In this document: piece by piece, positions 13,214-26,224 of the stretch
Layout of the letters: every line of letters begins with the position of its first letter
Position numbering within the stretch: the stretch's first letter is position 1
NCBI RefSeq assembly: GCF_001194135.2
Contig: NC_068981.1
Coordinates: 150,800,556-150,864,555, forward strand
DNA: 64,000 bases
Origin: Octopus bimaculoides
Lineage: Eukaryota
Direction of reading: 5' to 3'
Notes under the pieces: model-generated
What the model was told of the DNA's origin: nothing
Databases searched by the model: none
What the model saw: only the letters and a program-made list of their open reading frames with translations
Program-made: the position numbers and the translations under genes

Positions 13214-14001
13214 NNNNNNNNNNNNNNNNNNNNNNNNNNNNNNNNNNNNNNNNNNNNNNNNNNNNNNNNNNNNNNNNNNNNNNNNNNNNNNNNNNNNNNN
13301 NNNNNNNNNNNNNNNNNNNNNNNNNNNNNNNNNNNNNNNNNNNNNNNNNNNNNNNNNNNNNNNNNNNNNNNNNNNNNNNNNNNNNNNNNNNNNNNNNNNN
13401 NNNNNNNNNNNNNNNNNNNNNNNNNNNNNNNNNNNNNNNNNNNNNNNNNNNNNNNNNNNNNNNNNNNNNNNNNNNNNNNNNNNNNNNNNNNNNNNNNNNN
13501 NNNNNNNNNNNNNNNNNNNNNNNNNNNNNNNNNNNNNNNNNNNNNNNNNNNNNNNNNNNNNNNNNNNNNNNNNNNNNNNNNNNNNNNNNNNNNNNNNNNN
13601 NNNNNNNNNNNNNNNNNNNNNNNNNNNNNNNNNNNNNNNNNNNNNNNNNNNNNNNNNNNNNNNNNNNNNNNNNNNNNNNNNNNNNNNNNNNNNNNNNNNN
13701 NNNNNNNNNNNNNNNNNNNNNNNNNNNNNNNNNNNNNNNNNNNNNNNNNNNNNNNNNNNNNNNNNNNNNNNNNNNNNNNNNNNNNNNNNNNNNNNNNNNN
13801 NNNNNNNNNNNNNNNNNNNNNNNNNNNNNNNNNNNNNNNNNNNNNNNNNNNNNNNNNNNNNNNNNNNNNNNNNNNNNNNNNNNNNNNNNNNNNNNNNNNN
13901 NNNNNNNNNNNNNNNNNNNNNNNNNNNNNNNNNNNNNNNNNNNNNNNNNNNNNNNNNNNNNNNNNNNNNNNNNNNNNNNNNNNNNNNNNNNNNNNNNNNN
14001 N
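13214..14001. other. Assembly gap (788 N); other gaps at 11904-11913, 17798-17807, 28556-28565, 59564-59573, 61876-61885 and 63221-63400
   Basis: Runs of N; most lie in or next to (TA)n/(CA)n tracts. Confidence 1.
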
Positions 14002-14749
14002 CACACACACACACACACACACATATATATTTGCTGTAATTGCTGTTAATGCTGTTATCTTCCTGTTCTGTCAAGTGGCTTGTGGCTTGTCAGTTTTTCA
14101 GGTTTTTCATTATGCATGCGTGTTGGCTTTTAGCAATAATAAGATTGGTATGTTTTTCACCAATACTTATCTTTACACACACACTCGCATGTGCATATGT
14201 ATTTATATGGTCATGCCTGTATGCACATTATATATGTATGCATATATGCATGTGTCTTTATAAGTGTAAATGAGAAGTCAGTTATGTATGTTTCATAAAA
14301 TTTATACTGTTATAATTATGTGCATTAAATTGCATTATTTTGCATAATTTCAATTTTTTTGTTTAAAGTTGTAATCATCCTTGTAATATTGTTAATTCTG
14401 AGGGGTGCCAACTGTGGGAATGATATTGTGTCTGGATGTATTGGTGGTGGAAGAGTTGTTGCTATTTACTTGTTTTGTTTTTTTAATCTACCACTATTAT
14501 GTGCACAGCATCTGTAACTTGTCTAACTGGGGGATCCTGCAAATGCATAGAAAGGACTTTTATCTCAATGTTGTCCATGAACTCAGACCATCATGCTTAT
14601 TTCAGGCTTGTTAGAAGCAAGAGTAACATCATACACAAAAGTACACACAGCACTACTACCATCCCAATTAATAATTATACATACAACACAATGCATATAA
14701 TATAAATTACAAACTACAAAAAACCTAGTAATAGAAACAATTTAACTGG

Positions 14750-15215
14750 GTAACAGTCGACAACCAGCATGGAAAGTCTTACAACACTCAAACCAACAGA
14801 GTTAATTGAGACTAATTACACATGCAGAAACACAACTGAATCATTCACATAATGCACAAGCAGCCATATATGAAGTAGAATCACTTCCCGAAAACAAAAA
14901 CTTGAATATAATGTTTAAACACTTTGGAAATATGGCAGAAGGTAAATTCAAATAACTTTACTTCAGCAATGATTCTTATTTCAGACATACAGAAAATGAG
15001 GATTACAACAATATTACCTAGTTATATCAGGAGTTTGAAAGAACAAGCTGCTATTTTCACTATTAAGTAAAAATCCTTGTGCAATACAGACTATAACTGG
15101 GAGAAAAATACACGTTATGCATGCTGAGAAGAGACTCAAACCATAAAACTTTAATAATTCTGCAAATTCAGTTTGCGAAATAAGAAACCTTTACAAGTTG
15201 GAAATTAAAGCTATC
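14750..15215 (+). pseudogene. Decayed GIY-YIG endonuclease C-terminus of a Penelope-like retroelement
   Basis: Frameshifted translation MAEGKFK...TILPSYIRSLKEQAAIFTIK*KIL...TLCM... resembles the G.FK.R..NH...F...T.LS.YIW.LK....I.W.IL...C.LC..EK pattern of PLE GIY-YIG domains; many stops. Confidence 0.5.
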
Positions 15216-16036
15216 AATCAAACTTTACTACCATACACTCTTTATTTTAATGGCATCCCTGATCTCATTCTACTCTCCACAACATTCCAGATTTTCTTTA
15301 TATATATTTTTGTTACATAATATTGATCTGTAGTTATCGAAGGAAAATAAGTCACTCTTAGTAATGTTTATTTGTTGTGAGTAGTGCAGCTAACCCAGCA
15401 TGTAACACCAGGATTTTTGTTCATATTGTCCTTGATTTTTTTCAAGAATATAGTTCTATTTTATGATTTGCTGATTAATTAGTTACATAGCAAGGTATGA
15501 ATCATGAACTATTGATGTATTTTCTTCAAATATTTGCTTGAAATACATGTGTACATACGTTATAATTGCTCAAGCTAACTTATAACTGTGGAAACCTAAA
15601 ATGTTAACAAACACACTCATATATAAACACAAAACATGACTCAAAGTCAAACACAAATGTACTGTAATCATATCACCTACTCTTTGAGTGCCATTAAAGT
15701 TCTCATTGGAAAAGCTTAATAATGTGATCACTGCTTAACATTTTTGAATAACTTACAAAATAAAATTTAAAATAATTCAAGATAAAATCCTAAAAATATA
15801 ACAATCAAATTAAAACTATATAGACACAAATGGCTGTGTGGTAAGAAGTTTGTTTCCCAACCAAATGGTTCTGGGTTTTGGTTCCACTGTGTGCTACCTT
15901 GGCCAAGTATCTTTTATTGTAATCCCAAGCTGACCAAAATCTTGTAAGCGGATTTGGTAAACAGAAACTGAAAGAAACCTATCAGGTGTGTGTGCGTACA
16001 TGTGTGGCCGCATGCACACACACACACACACATACA

Positions 16037-16329
16037 CTTTTACTTGTTTCAGTCATTTGACTGTGGCCATGCTGGAGCACTGCCTTTAGTCGAATCAAAT
16101 CGACCCCAGGACTTATTCTTTGTAAGCCTAGTACTTATTCTATCGGTCACTTTTGCCGAACCGCTAAGTTACGGGGACCTAAACACACCAGCACCGGTTG
16201 TCAGGTGATGTTGGGGGGACAAACACAGACGCACAAACATATACACACACATACATATACATACATACATACATACATACATACATACATACATACATAC
16301 ATACATACATACATACATACATACATACA

Positions 16330-16365
<36 letters not shown>

Positions 16366-16528
16366 CACACACGACGGGCTTCTTTCAGTTTCCGTCTACC
16401 AAATCCACTCACAAGGCTTTGGTCGGCCTGAGGCTATAGTAGAAAACACTTGCCCAAGGTGCCACGCAGTGGGACTGAACTCGAGACCATGTGGTTGGTA
16501 AGCAAGCTACTTACTACACAGCCACTCT
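16037..16528 (-). mobile_element. Young SINE family A copy with internal (ATAC)n tract
   Basis: Near-identical to 51903-52305 in reverse orientation; many CpGs retained. Confidence 0.9.
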
Positions 16529-16875
16529 TGCGCCTGTGTATATATATATATATATTGAATGTATATATCGATGTATGTTTAGTATTGTGTTTGTCATTTA
16601 CCACTGCTTAACAACTGGTGTTGGTTTGCTTATGTTCCCATAATATAATTCAGAAAAAGAGACAAATAGAATAAGTAACAGGCTTCAAAAAAAAACAAGT
16701 ACTAGGGTTGATTCGTTCAACCAAAAGCCTTTCAAGGGGGTGCCCCAGTATGGCCACAGTCAAATGACAGAAACAACAAGCAAAACCTAAAAGATAAAAG
16801 ACACAAATAGAGATGTTTGCACTCAGTGATTATTGGTTTTGCTCAATATCTCAAACCAATAGAAACTGAGAGAGT

Positions 16876-17015
16876 GAACGAAGATAGTGAATGAGAGAGG
16901 GGGAAAGGAGAGAGAGAAAGAGAACGAAGATAGTGAATGAGAGAGGGGGGAAAGGAGAGAGAGAAAGAGAACTAAGATAGTGAATAAGAGAGGGGGTGAA
17001 AGGAGAGAGAGAGAA
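16876..17015 (+). repeat. 46-47 bp purine-rich tandem repeat, 3 copies
   Basis: gaac(g/t)aagatagtgaat... starts at 16876, 16922 and 16969. Confidence 0.9.
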
Positions 17016-17489
17016 GAAACAAGTAGCAAGAAATAGAGACAGATGAAAAAGAAATGAACTTTAAAACCTGTCTATAAAACTGCACCCTACAGGTAGATAT
17101 GATACAGTACACATTGACATCTAATCTACAGTTATTTGAAGCAGACATCGCTCTGTTAAGAAGCATGAGTAAACTCTAAGAGATTTCCTGTCAAACACAG
17201 GAAGATCACTTAGCAAAAATTATCTCTTAATGAATTACATTGAGCAATGTTTCATATTACACTAAATTCCTCCTGAAGATAATTTAGGAACACAACCTGC
17301 ACATATATACATATATATACATATATATATATTATATACATATTATATATATACACATTATATATATCACATATTATATATATTATATACATATTATATA
17401 TATATATATATATCATATATATTATATATATATTATATACATATATATATATATTATATATATATATTATGTCGCTTTTCTCTCTCTTT

Positions 17490-17740
17490 CTCTTTTACTT
17501 GTTTCAGTCAGTTGACTGCAGCCATGCTGGAGCACTGCCTTTAGTCGAGCAAATCGACCCCAGGACTTATTCGTTGTAAGCCTAGTACTTATTCTATCGG
17601 TCTCTTTTGCCAAACCGCTAGTTTACGGGGACATAAACACACCAGCATCGATTGTAATCACTAGGTTATAGGGATGTAAACACACTAACACCGGTTATCA
17701 AGTGGCGAGGAGAGGGACAAACACAGACACAAACATGTGT
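17490..17740 (-). mobile_element. SINE family A 3' portion between 52-bp direct repeats
   Basis: Family A tail and core in reverse; an identical 52-mer lies at 17437-17488 and 17808-17859. Confidence 0.8.
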
Positions 17741-18394
17741 ATCTATAAGTGTGTATGTGTATATGTGTCTGTGTACATATATAAATATGTGTATATANNN
17801 NNNNNNNATACATATATATATATATTATATATATATATTATGTCGCTTTTCTCTCTCTTGGGTGGGATGGTTTGACTAAATGTGATGGGTCCAATGACTG
17901 CATCATGCTAGTGCCTGCTTTGGCATGGTTACTGTAGCCCAATACCCTTCCTAACAACAACCACTTTCCATCATGTACAGGATACTTTTTACATCCCATC
18001 TGCACTAGAAAGGTCACCATGCAGCTGGCAAGAGTACAAACCCTGAGGGCTGGCTTTATGCTAGAAGATAAGGGGCTAGAGCGGAACAGGTTTCTAGTTG
18101 TAGAGGAGTAGCAAGGCTCCTCATATTAGAGGTGGGAGTGATGGAGATGAAGCTGGACAGAGACAAAGTGATAAAAATAGTGATAGAGGAGGTGAAAAGT
18201 AAAGCTGGACAGAGGATCCAGCAGAGTGCATGATGGAGGTTACAAGAGTATGAAGGAGTGAAAGAGGGAGAAGTAGCAACAACTGTAATGATTGGGTAAG
18301 ATTGAAGGTTGGATGTAGTGAATGGTGAATAAGGGGTGGGAGATGACTAATGATGCACGAGTTAAGGGAGGTAAGAAGAAGAGATGACTGACAC

Positions 18395-18660
18395 CATCAT
18401 CATCATCATCGAATGGCCATTTTCCCTGCTGGCATGGGTTGGACGGTTTGACTGCAGTTGGTAAGGCCAGGGGCTACACCAGACTCCATTGTCTGTTCTG
18501 GCATGACTTCAACAGCTGGATGCCCTTCCTTATGCCAACCACTCCAGAGAGCATACTGGGTGCTTTTAACATGGCACCAGCAGGAGTTCTTTTTATGTGG
18601 CACCAGCACTGGTATCAATTCTGCTGTGACAGACAGGTATTTTTGAGTACAGCAATGTAC
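18395..18660 (-). mobile_element. Diverged SINE family D relative
   Basis: (cat)n followed by ttccctgctggcatgggttggacggtttgac...ctggatgcccttcc, the reverse complement of the family D 3' end. Confidence 0.75.
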
Positions 18661-19270
18661 TAGATTTCTCAATCCTTAGTCATCTTCATAAGGCTAGCAG
18701 CAGAATTGTAATGATGACATTGTAAACAAGAGAATGGACAATAGATGACAAGTGGTTAGGTAGGCTGCAGAAGTGGAGTGGGAGGACAAGAGAGAGGCAG
18801 GTATAATGCCCAAGGTGAGTGAGATTTATGGGGATGGAGGAAGAAAGTTAATTTGGTGGTGCCGTGGTAGGGGTGATCAATGTAAAGTGTGGGTGGAGAG
18901 AACAGCATTAATGGCTGAAAGATTAGTAACAGGTAAAACAGTTCTAGGGATAAAAAAAAAAACAAGTATCAATGAAGCATCACAATTAGAGGTGATGAGC
19001 AGTAAGGCTGTTTTGAAGAAGAAATCGGGTGGAGGACTCACTTCTACATACACACACACACAGCACTTCAAGAACTTCATTTTGCCGAGGTGGGCAGGTC
19101 TTCTTAAAAGCCAAACGTCATGTCAGTCATCCTATTTCTAGCAAGTCAAGTATCCAAATAGAAGCTTCCACATTGGCTTGTATGCTTCATGTTTGACATT
19201 CTCATTAATTGTAGTCATATGCTGACCTGAAGAAAGTTTGTAGACTTATCTTAAAATAAAGTCTGTGGAC

Positions 19271-19750
19271 CAGTGATTCCCAACCAGAGTTTCCCCAGAG
19301 CCCTAGAATCCTGTGAAATGTTAATAGGGGTTCCATGAGAAGTAGTGATAAAATATTTATTAAATGCAAATAAATGTTATAATATTTTTCTTTTAATTCT
19401 ATATTTATAATTTTGCTTTCTACACAGCATATTTCCGAAGATAGGAAATCCTGATATCTGTACAAAGTAAGGAGAACCTACAAGAAAAATGATCTTTTGA
19501 CAGGGAAATTTTAAGGGAATTCAATCTAAACAGTCTTGGGTAAGATGAAGTTTCTTAAACCTTTTTTGAGATGTCTAATGTATTTAGCAGTGCCAGACAT
19601 TTCAAAAAAATTTTTTATGATTTCTTTGATCTCGAATGAAAAAGTAAGAAAAAGGTCAATAAAATACATAATAATTTTCATACAGAAGCTTCCTGAAACA
19701 TGTAATGTATTTCAAGGGTTCCTTAGTAGTAGAAAGGTTAGTAAATACAG
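19271..19750. mobile_element. hAT (Charlie-like) MITE
   Basis: Left end cagtgattcccaacc, degenerate right end ggttagtaaatacag; 8-bp flanks ctgtggac / ctgtagac match 7 of 8. Confidence 0.6.
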
Positions 19751-20139
19751 CTGTAGACCCTAATGGTACATCCTGGGTAATTACAGCTAAAACACAGTGT
19801 GAATACTGAAATATTGTTATTTATGAATGATATATTTTTAAATAATGGTCATGACAAAACATGACAAAAGAGCTTCACTGCAGTCATTCAACCTGCAAAA
19901 TTCAGCCACAAAACTACACAGACATAGTAAAAGATAGGATAGTCACAGCTGGAACATTGTTAATCATGGGTCTACTTGACCAGGGGTGACCTAAGGGTTT
20001 ACAACAGTATACAAAGACTATAAATGTTATATGAAATGTGGAATAGGTAGAAATAGTGTAGCAGTGTATTAGTAGCACATTCTGATTATATTTGTCATAT
20101 ACACGTTGGGTGTGTGAATATGTTCATAAATTAGTGAAT

Positions 20140-20182
<43 letters not shown>

Positions 20183-20369
20183 CGCGTGCACACACACATG
20201 TGAATGGCACACTATAAATTCTGAAAGAAGTTACTGAACTTTATAAGCTGAACTTTAATATCATTTAATGTAATTAAATGTCAAGATTATCTGTTTATAA
20301 ATAGGAAGAGTGTTCAAAAAGAAAAATGGACTTTTAAAAAATACAAATATATTACTCTACTTTTAATAC

Positions 20370-20840
20370 AATCAGACTTGCCTCCTTCAAAATAGTTACC
20401 CCTACTGTTGATACACCATCCCCACAATCTTTTCCCAGTTTTGCAATATGTCCTGGAACAACTTTTTCAGAGTAGTGAATTTTCTTTGATCACTATTTTC
20501 TGAAATTGGTGACCTTTCAGGGTAGTTTTCAGCTCAGAACAAATTAGTCAACAGGAGACAAATGTGGAGAATGCAATGTTCAGTTTATGAGAATCATCTT
20601 GTGCTCTGCCAAAATTTCATGGATAAAGAATATCATGTGAGTAGGTGCACTTTTGTGGTGCAGTATGCAGATTTTCTCTGTCCATATTTTTAGATCACTT
20701 CTTTAACAATGCCTCTCTCAAATGCCTCAAACACATTTGAGTAAAACACTTTATTGATCATCTGATCACATGGAACAAACTCACAATGAATAACAGCCCT
20801 TCACTCAAGAAAGATGGTCAACACCATATTCACATTTGAG
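20370..20840 (-). pseudogene. Decayed mariner (DD34D-type) transposase, C-terminal half
   Basis: Reverse translation gives NVNMVLTIF...VIHCEFVPCDQMINKVFYSNV...HLREA and ends WCINSRG.YFEGG, matching the mariner motifs G.IH.EF.P.GQT.N..YY and W..C....G.YFE; stops and frameshifts present. Confidence 0.75.
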
Positions 20841-21416
20841 TAACTCTGCTATTCTTTTCCTGGTTGCAACAACTGTCTTTTTGTTTTGACATCATAGCTA
20901 TACACCTTCATTCTGACACGTGTTATGACACTTTTCAAAATATCTTTATTAATATTCAACCAATCAAGCAGCACCTGGTTGATTGATTTAGTTCTCTGTT
21001 CATTTGTCAGCAAAAGCAACAACAATTTTGATGCATTATTTAAAAGCTTTTTACTTGTTTCAGTCATTTAAGATTAACTTGATTTGTTTAATTTAACCCT
21101 TCAAGGAAGTGCCCCAACATTTTGTTTTGTAAGTCTAGCTTCTTTTAGGTCATACAGCAAAGAAGGAAAATAAGAAATGGACACAAATAGTGTAAGTACT
21201 ATGAATTGACTAGTTCACTGCAACCAAAAAACAAAAGAACCCTTATGTGGCTGCTTGACCTGCTAAAGGTAGTAGCCAAATTATATCATACTATCTTAAA
21301 AAGAAAGATACATCTGATAGCATAATTCCTAACATACTAGTCATAGGTGGAGTATATTTGATCATATGTCTACTCAGTCAGAGCTGATCCAAAGTGCCAA
21401 CAATAAATTGATGCAA

Positions 21417-21692
21417 ATCTGGCTCCTGTGCAGGTGTCACGTAAAATACACTATTTCGTGCGTGGCCGTTGCCAGTGCTGCCTGAGTGGCCTTCGTGCCG
21501 GTGGCAAGTAAAAGCACCCAATACACTCTCGGAGTGGTTGGCATTAGGAAGGGCATCCAGTTGTAGAAACTCTGCTAAATCAGATTGGAGCCTGGTGCAG
21601 CCACCTGGTTCATCAGTCCTCAGTCAAATCGTCCAACCCATGCTAGCATGGAAAGCGGACGTTAGACGATGATGATGATGATGATGATGATG

Positions 21693-21695
<3 letters not shown>
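21417..21695 (+). mobile_element. SINE family D copy
   Basis: Collinear with 3611-3956; ends catggaaagcggacgttagac(gat)n. Confidence 0.85.
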
Positions 21696-21746
<51 letters not shown>

Positions 21747-23018
21747 GAGTGTGTGTGTGTCTGTGACTGTGTCCCTCACCACCATTTGACAACCAATGTT
21801 GGTGTATTTACATACCTGTAACTTAACAGTTTGGCAAAACAGACATAAAAAATAAGTACCAGATTTAAAAAGTACTGGGGTCAATTCTTTTGACTAAAAA
21901 GTTCTTTAAGGTGGTGCTCCAGCATGACTGCAGTCTAATAACTAAAAAGGGATAAAAGATAACAGGATTTGAAATAAGAATAATAAATGAAATGCTGAAG
22001 AACTTTACTGGTTTCTCCTGTGTTCGCTACCACAGCTGCAGGTTGGCCCAAGCTTCATGATTATAATTGGGTAAGGAGAAACAATGCAGAAGCTCACTGG
22101 ATGTACTACACTTGTACTTGGGTGAGACTTTAACTGATATTTGGTCTCACAGCACCATCTAACCCTTGAGTCTCCTTTGTGAAGTCCATTCTGTTGCAAG
22201 TATTCAGGCTAAGTCTCAACCTGAGAGGAACTTATTCTATTAGAAGCCCTATGAAGGATCATGGCTGCTGCTCTTCCTTATCTTTCACCATTTATTTGTT
22301 TCAGTCATTGGACTGCAGCCATGCTGGAAAACTGCCTTGAATGGTGGTTTTAGTCAAATAAATCAATTCCAGTAGTTATTTTTATGTTTTTTAAAGTCTA
22401 GTACTTATTCTATTGATCTTTTTTGCCAAACATCTAAGTTTCAGGGACATAAGCAAACCAACATTGGTTGTCAAACAGTGAAGGGGACAAACACAGACAC
22501 AAAGATATACACACGTACTCAAATGTGCTTGGCACTAGGAAAGGCAGATAGTTATAAAAACTATGCCAAAAACAGACAGTGGAGCTTGATGCAGACCTCT
22601 GGCAGGCCATCTGTCAAACCATCCAACCCATGCCAGCATGGAAGACAGAGGTTAAATGATAATGATGCTATGTACATCAAGAGCTTCTATGCCATTTCCA
22701 TCAACCAAATTCATTCACAAGACATTAGTTGGCCCAGGGTTACACTTGCCCAACATGCCATGCAGTAGGATTGAACTCCAAAATCACATTGTTACAAAGC
22801 AAGCCTCTTAACCATGCAGCCATGCTTGCACCTGAAATACCCTTATAGAAAGAAATTAAAAAAGAAAGTGATTTAAGATTCACAATATTAATTAAAATCT
22901 CTTTTGCTTTGAATTAGCCAACTTCTACACCTGTCCTAGAGTAGGAATAAAGAATACTAAAGATGTTAAATAATTTTCCTTCAGTTAAAAATTATTCAAG
23001 GTTGACAATTCATGCACT

Positions 23019-23250
23019 AAAAGAAGAAGAAGAAGAAGAAGAAGAAAAGAAGAAAAGAAAAAAAAAGAAAAGAATAAAAAGAAGAAAAAGGAGAAGAAAA
23101 AAGAAAAGAAGAAGGAGAAGAAGGAGAAGGAGAAGAAGAAGAAAAAGAAGAAAAAAGAAGAAAAAGAAGAGAAGAAAAAGAAAAAAGAAGAAAAAGAAGA
23201 AAAAGAAAAAGAAGAAAAAAACGAAAAAAGAAAAGAAGAAGAAGAAGAAA
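23019..23250 (+). repeat. (AAG)n/(AAAAAG)n polypurine microsatellite
   Basis: About 230 bp almost entirely A/G; explains the poly-K/R and poly-F/L ORFs. Confidence 0.95.
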
Positions 23251-23613
23251 CAGTACAGAATGATAGAAGATGGTATGAACTCCATCCAGAAGCCTCAACT
23301 CAGACAACCCATCTGGAAAGTCATACATTAAACACTGATATAGGGGAAACAGAAATGTCTAGTCCTGACAGACAGCGTCATTACTGTTGGTTGTTTTAAT
23401 AACATGCATACATTCCATGCTGTAAAATGGTTGGTGATAGGAAAGGCATTCAGCTGTAGAAACCTTATCAGAAGAACAAGGCAATTTATTTCCCCTTTGT
23501 TGCAGTGCATGTGTGTGTGCATGCACACGCCTGATGATAAAGGACTGCAGCAGGAGATGAGACAGTTTGAGACATGTCTATTTCTAGAAATTCTTTTCCG
23601 GTTTTTATGCCAT

Positions 23614-23660
23614 GCTTACCTAGAAAAAGGGGAAGAAAAAGGGGAAGAAAAAGGGGAAGA
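23614..23660 (-). promoter_or_regulatory. Candidate recursive splice site (polypyrimidine-TAG|GTAAGC)
   Basis: Minus strand reads (tttttcttcccc)x2 tttttctag|gtaagcatgg: an acceptor directly followed by a donor consensus; junction between 23620 and 23619. Confidence 0.35.
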
Positions 23661-26224
23661 AAAAGGTGGGTGGGGGTAAAAATATAAATGTAGGAATTAT
23701 AACTCATAACTGAAGCAAAAATTGATGGTGGAGTAGGTGATAAAAGCTTGATGAATGATAGACACGATGTGGATTACATAGTTTGACATAGTTGACTGAT
23801 TAGTGACAGATGCGAGAGTGAGAAAGGCAAATCAGTCAAAGTCAAACAAGCATGGAAAAGCTGATACAATATGAAATAATGATGAATCTTTCTGTCTATG
23901 GGGAATATCAACACATTAATGATTTATAATGACATTTCAGTATCTCTCTTTACCTAAAGGTCATTATCACCATCATCAACACACTTGTGTTTGTCTGTAT
24001 GTGTGTGTGTGCATGAGGAAAAGAGAAAGAGAGGGAAAGAGAGAGAGTGTTTGTGTGCGTGTGCATGCACGCATGCATGTGCATCTCTCTCTCTCTCTCT
24101 AGCCACTTCCTCTCCTGATTCCATTATATTTTTTATATAAACCTTAATTATACCATTCCACATTTTCTCAATAGACCACCAGCTGTGTTTTGCACCCCCC
24201 CCCCTACCATCTGTAACATTTATTAATGTTTTTTTCTTTTACTTGTTTTAGTCACAGAACTGCAGTCATGCTGGGGCACCAACTTGAAGGATTTAGTCAA
24301 ACAAATTGACTCCAGGACTTATTTTTAAGTCTGGTACTTATTCTATTGGTCTCTTTTGCCAAACTGCTATATTACAAGGACATAAACAAACCAGTGTTGG
24401 TTATCAAGTAACAGTGGGGGACCAACACAAAATAGGCACACACAAACGACGCTGCTGCCGACGACAACGCCCACAACAACAGGTTTCCACACAATTTCCA
24501 TCTATCAAATTCACCCACAAGGTATTGGTTGACTTGGGGCTATAAAAGAAAAAAATTGCCCAAGGTTCCACATAGAAAGACTGAACTCTAAGTCACATGG
24601 TTACAAAGTAAGCTTCTTAACCACACAGCCATGTTTGGAGACAACAAGGAAACCTTTATGCATGATCACTCACCATGCTAGAATTAGCAACTGAAGCCTA
24701 GTCAAATCATATCCTAACTGCTTGAATAAGGAACAAACGTAAGATAATGCAATACTTCAAAGAAATGGTCACAGCTGCAATGCCTCTGGTCATGTCCACT
24801 TGAGCAGACCTAATATAGAGTTAAACAACAATAAATGTAACTTCAAATAATACTATCATTCAAATGTTCACATCTCTACTAAGCAAGTTTTCTTTTAATG
24901 AACTATATTTGCTATCCCAGTTACCAGATGCTCACTTCCATTTCATTCATGGCTCTTTATTCTGTTTGAGTTTTGTACCTTGACAGTTTTGGATGCTCAT
25001 CTTGTACTTTGCAAGTTTTTCCCTGGCACTCAATCACTACCTTCTTCACCTCCTTCACAACTACTCCCACCCCTATACAATGCAGAATAGCCATGTATCT
25101 GCTCCATAATAAGACACCTGAGCTTCCCCACACTTAGTAGCAGGAGCATTACCTTTTTCCTATTCTTTTTCTTTATCCTGTAAGTTACTTAGCAACCTGA
25201 CTAGTGCCAGTGGTATTTTAAAAAAAAGCACTCACAACACACTAGTGTGGTTGGCAATAGGAAGGGTATCTAGTCATAGAAACTGTGCCAAAACTGACAT
25301 TGGAACACTGCAGAGCCCTGTGGATCACCAAATCCTATCAAACAGTCCAACCTTTGTTAGCACGGAAAACAAAAATGGTTGTTATACTATGATCTTAATG
25401 ACAGACAGAAATCCATGAATGTCTTGAGTTCCATTATAATTTTTCAAGCTAATAATAGGGTATTTCATATCAAGATATCAGCTCTATCTGTTATTATTTA
25501 CTTGTTTCTGTCATTGCACCACATTGAAGAATTTAGCCAAATAAATGAACTCGCCCAACTGCTAAGTTACAGGGACATAAACCAACACCAGTTGTCAAGT
25601 AGTGGGGACAACAAACACAAAGACAAATACACACACACACATATGATGGTCTTTCACATAGTTTCCATCTATAAAATTCACTCATAAGGCATCAGTTAAC
25701 TTGGGGCTATAACAGAAGACGCTTACCCAAGGTCTTGCAGTGGGACTGAACCCAAAACCATGTGGTTTCAAAGCAAGCTCCTTAACCACACTTGTCATGC
25801 CTGCATTTATGCACAATTAATTATGGGAAGTTAATGATAGGCATTGTCTAGGGACTCCCACTTGCACCCATTAATACTATAATGTCCAGTCAAGCAGTGA
25901 CAGCAATACAGTGTCTGGAGGTACAGCATAGTCAGGGCAGGCATAGCTGTGTGGGGAAGAAGTTTGTTTTGCAACCACGTAGTTTTAGTTTCAATTTCTC
26001 TGCATGACATTTTGAGCAAGTATCTTCAATTAAATCCTTTCCAGTAAAATTCTGTAGAAAGAAACTGGACGGTAGGCTTAATCAGCTGTTTGGTCTAAGT
26101 CAGTTGTATCACTCTGTTGCAAAATTTCAGACTAAGTCTTTAGAGTGATATCTCTCTTCTTCTAACCAATTTTCTGAGGAGCTGAAAAGGATCACAAGTG
26201 CTGCTTTTCTTCATTTCAGAAAAT

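Noticed and set aside
12579-14263. 199-442 aa ORFs
   Set aside because: Produced by the 61-bp SINE-module array and the 788-N gap.
22963-23331. Poly-K/R basic protein ORF
   Set aside because: Translation of the (AAG)n tract.
23525-23585. CTGATGA...GAGACATGTC hammerhead look-alike on +
   Set aside because: GAAA box is mutated and there is no stem I.
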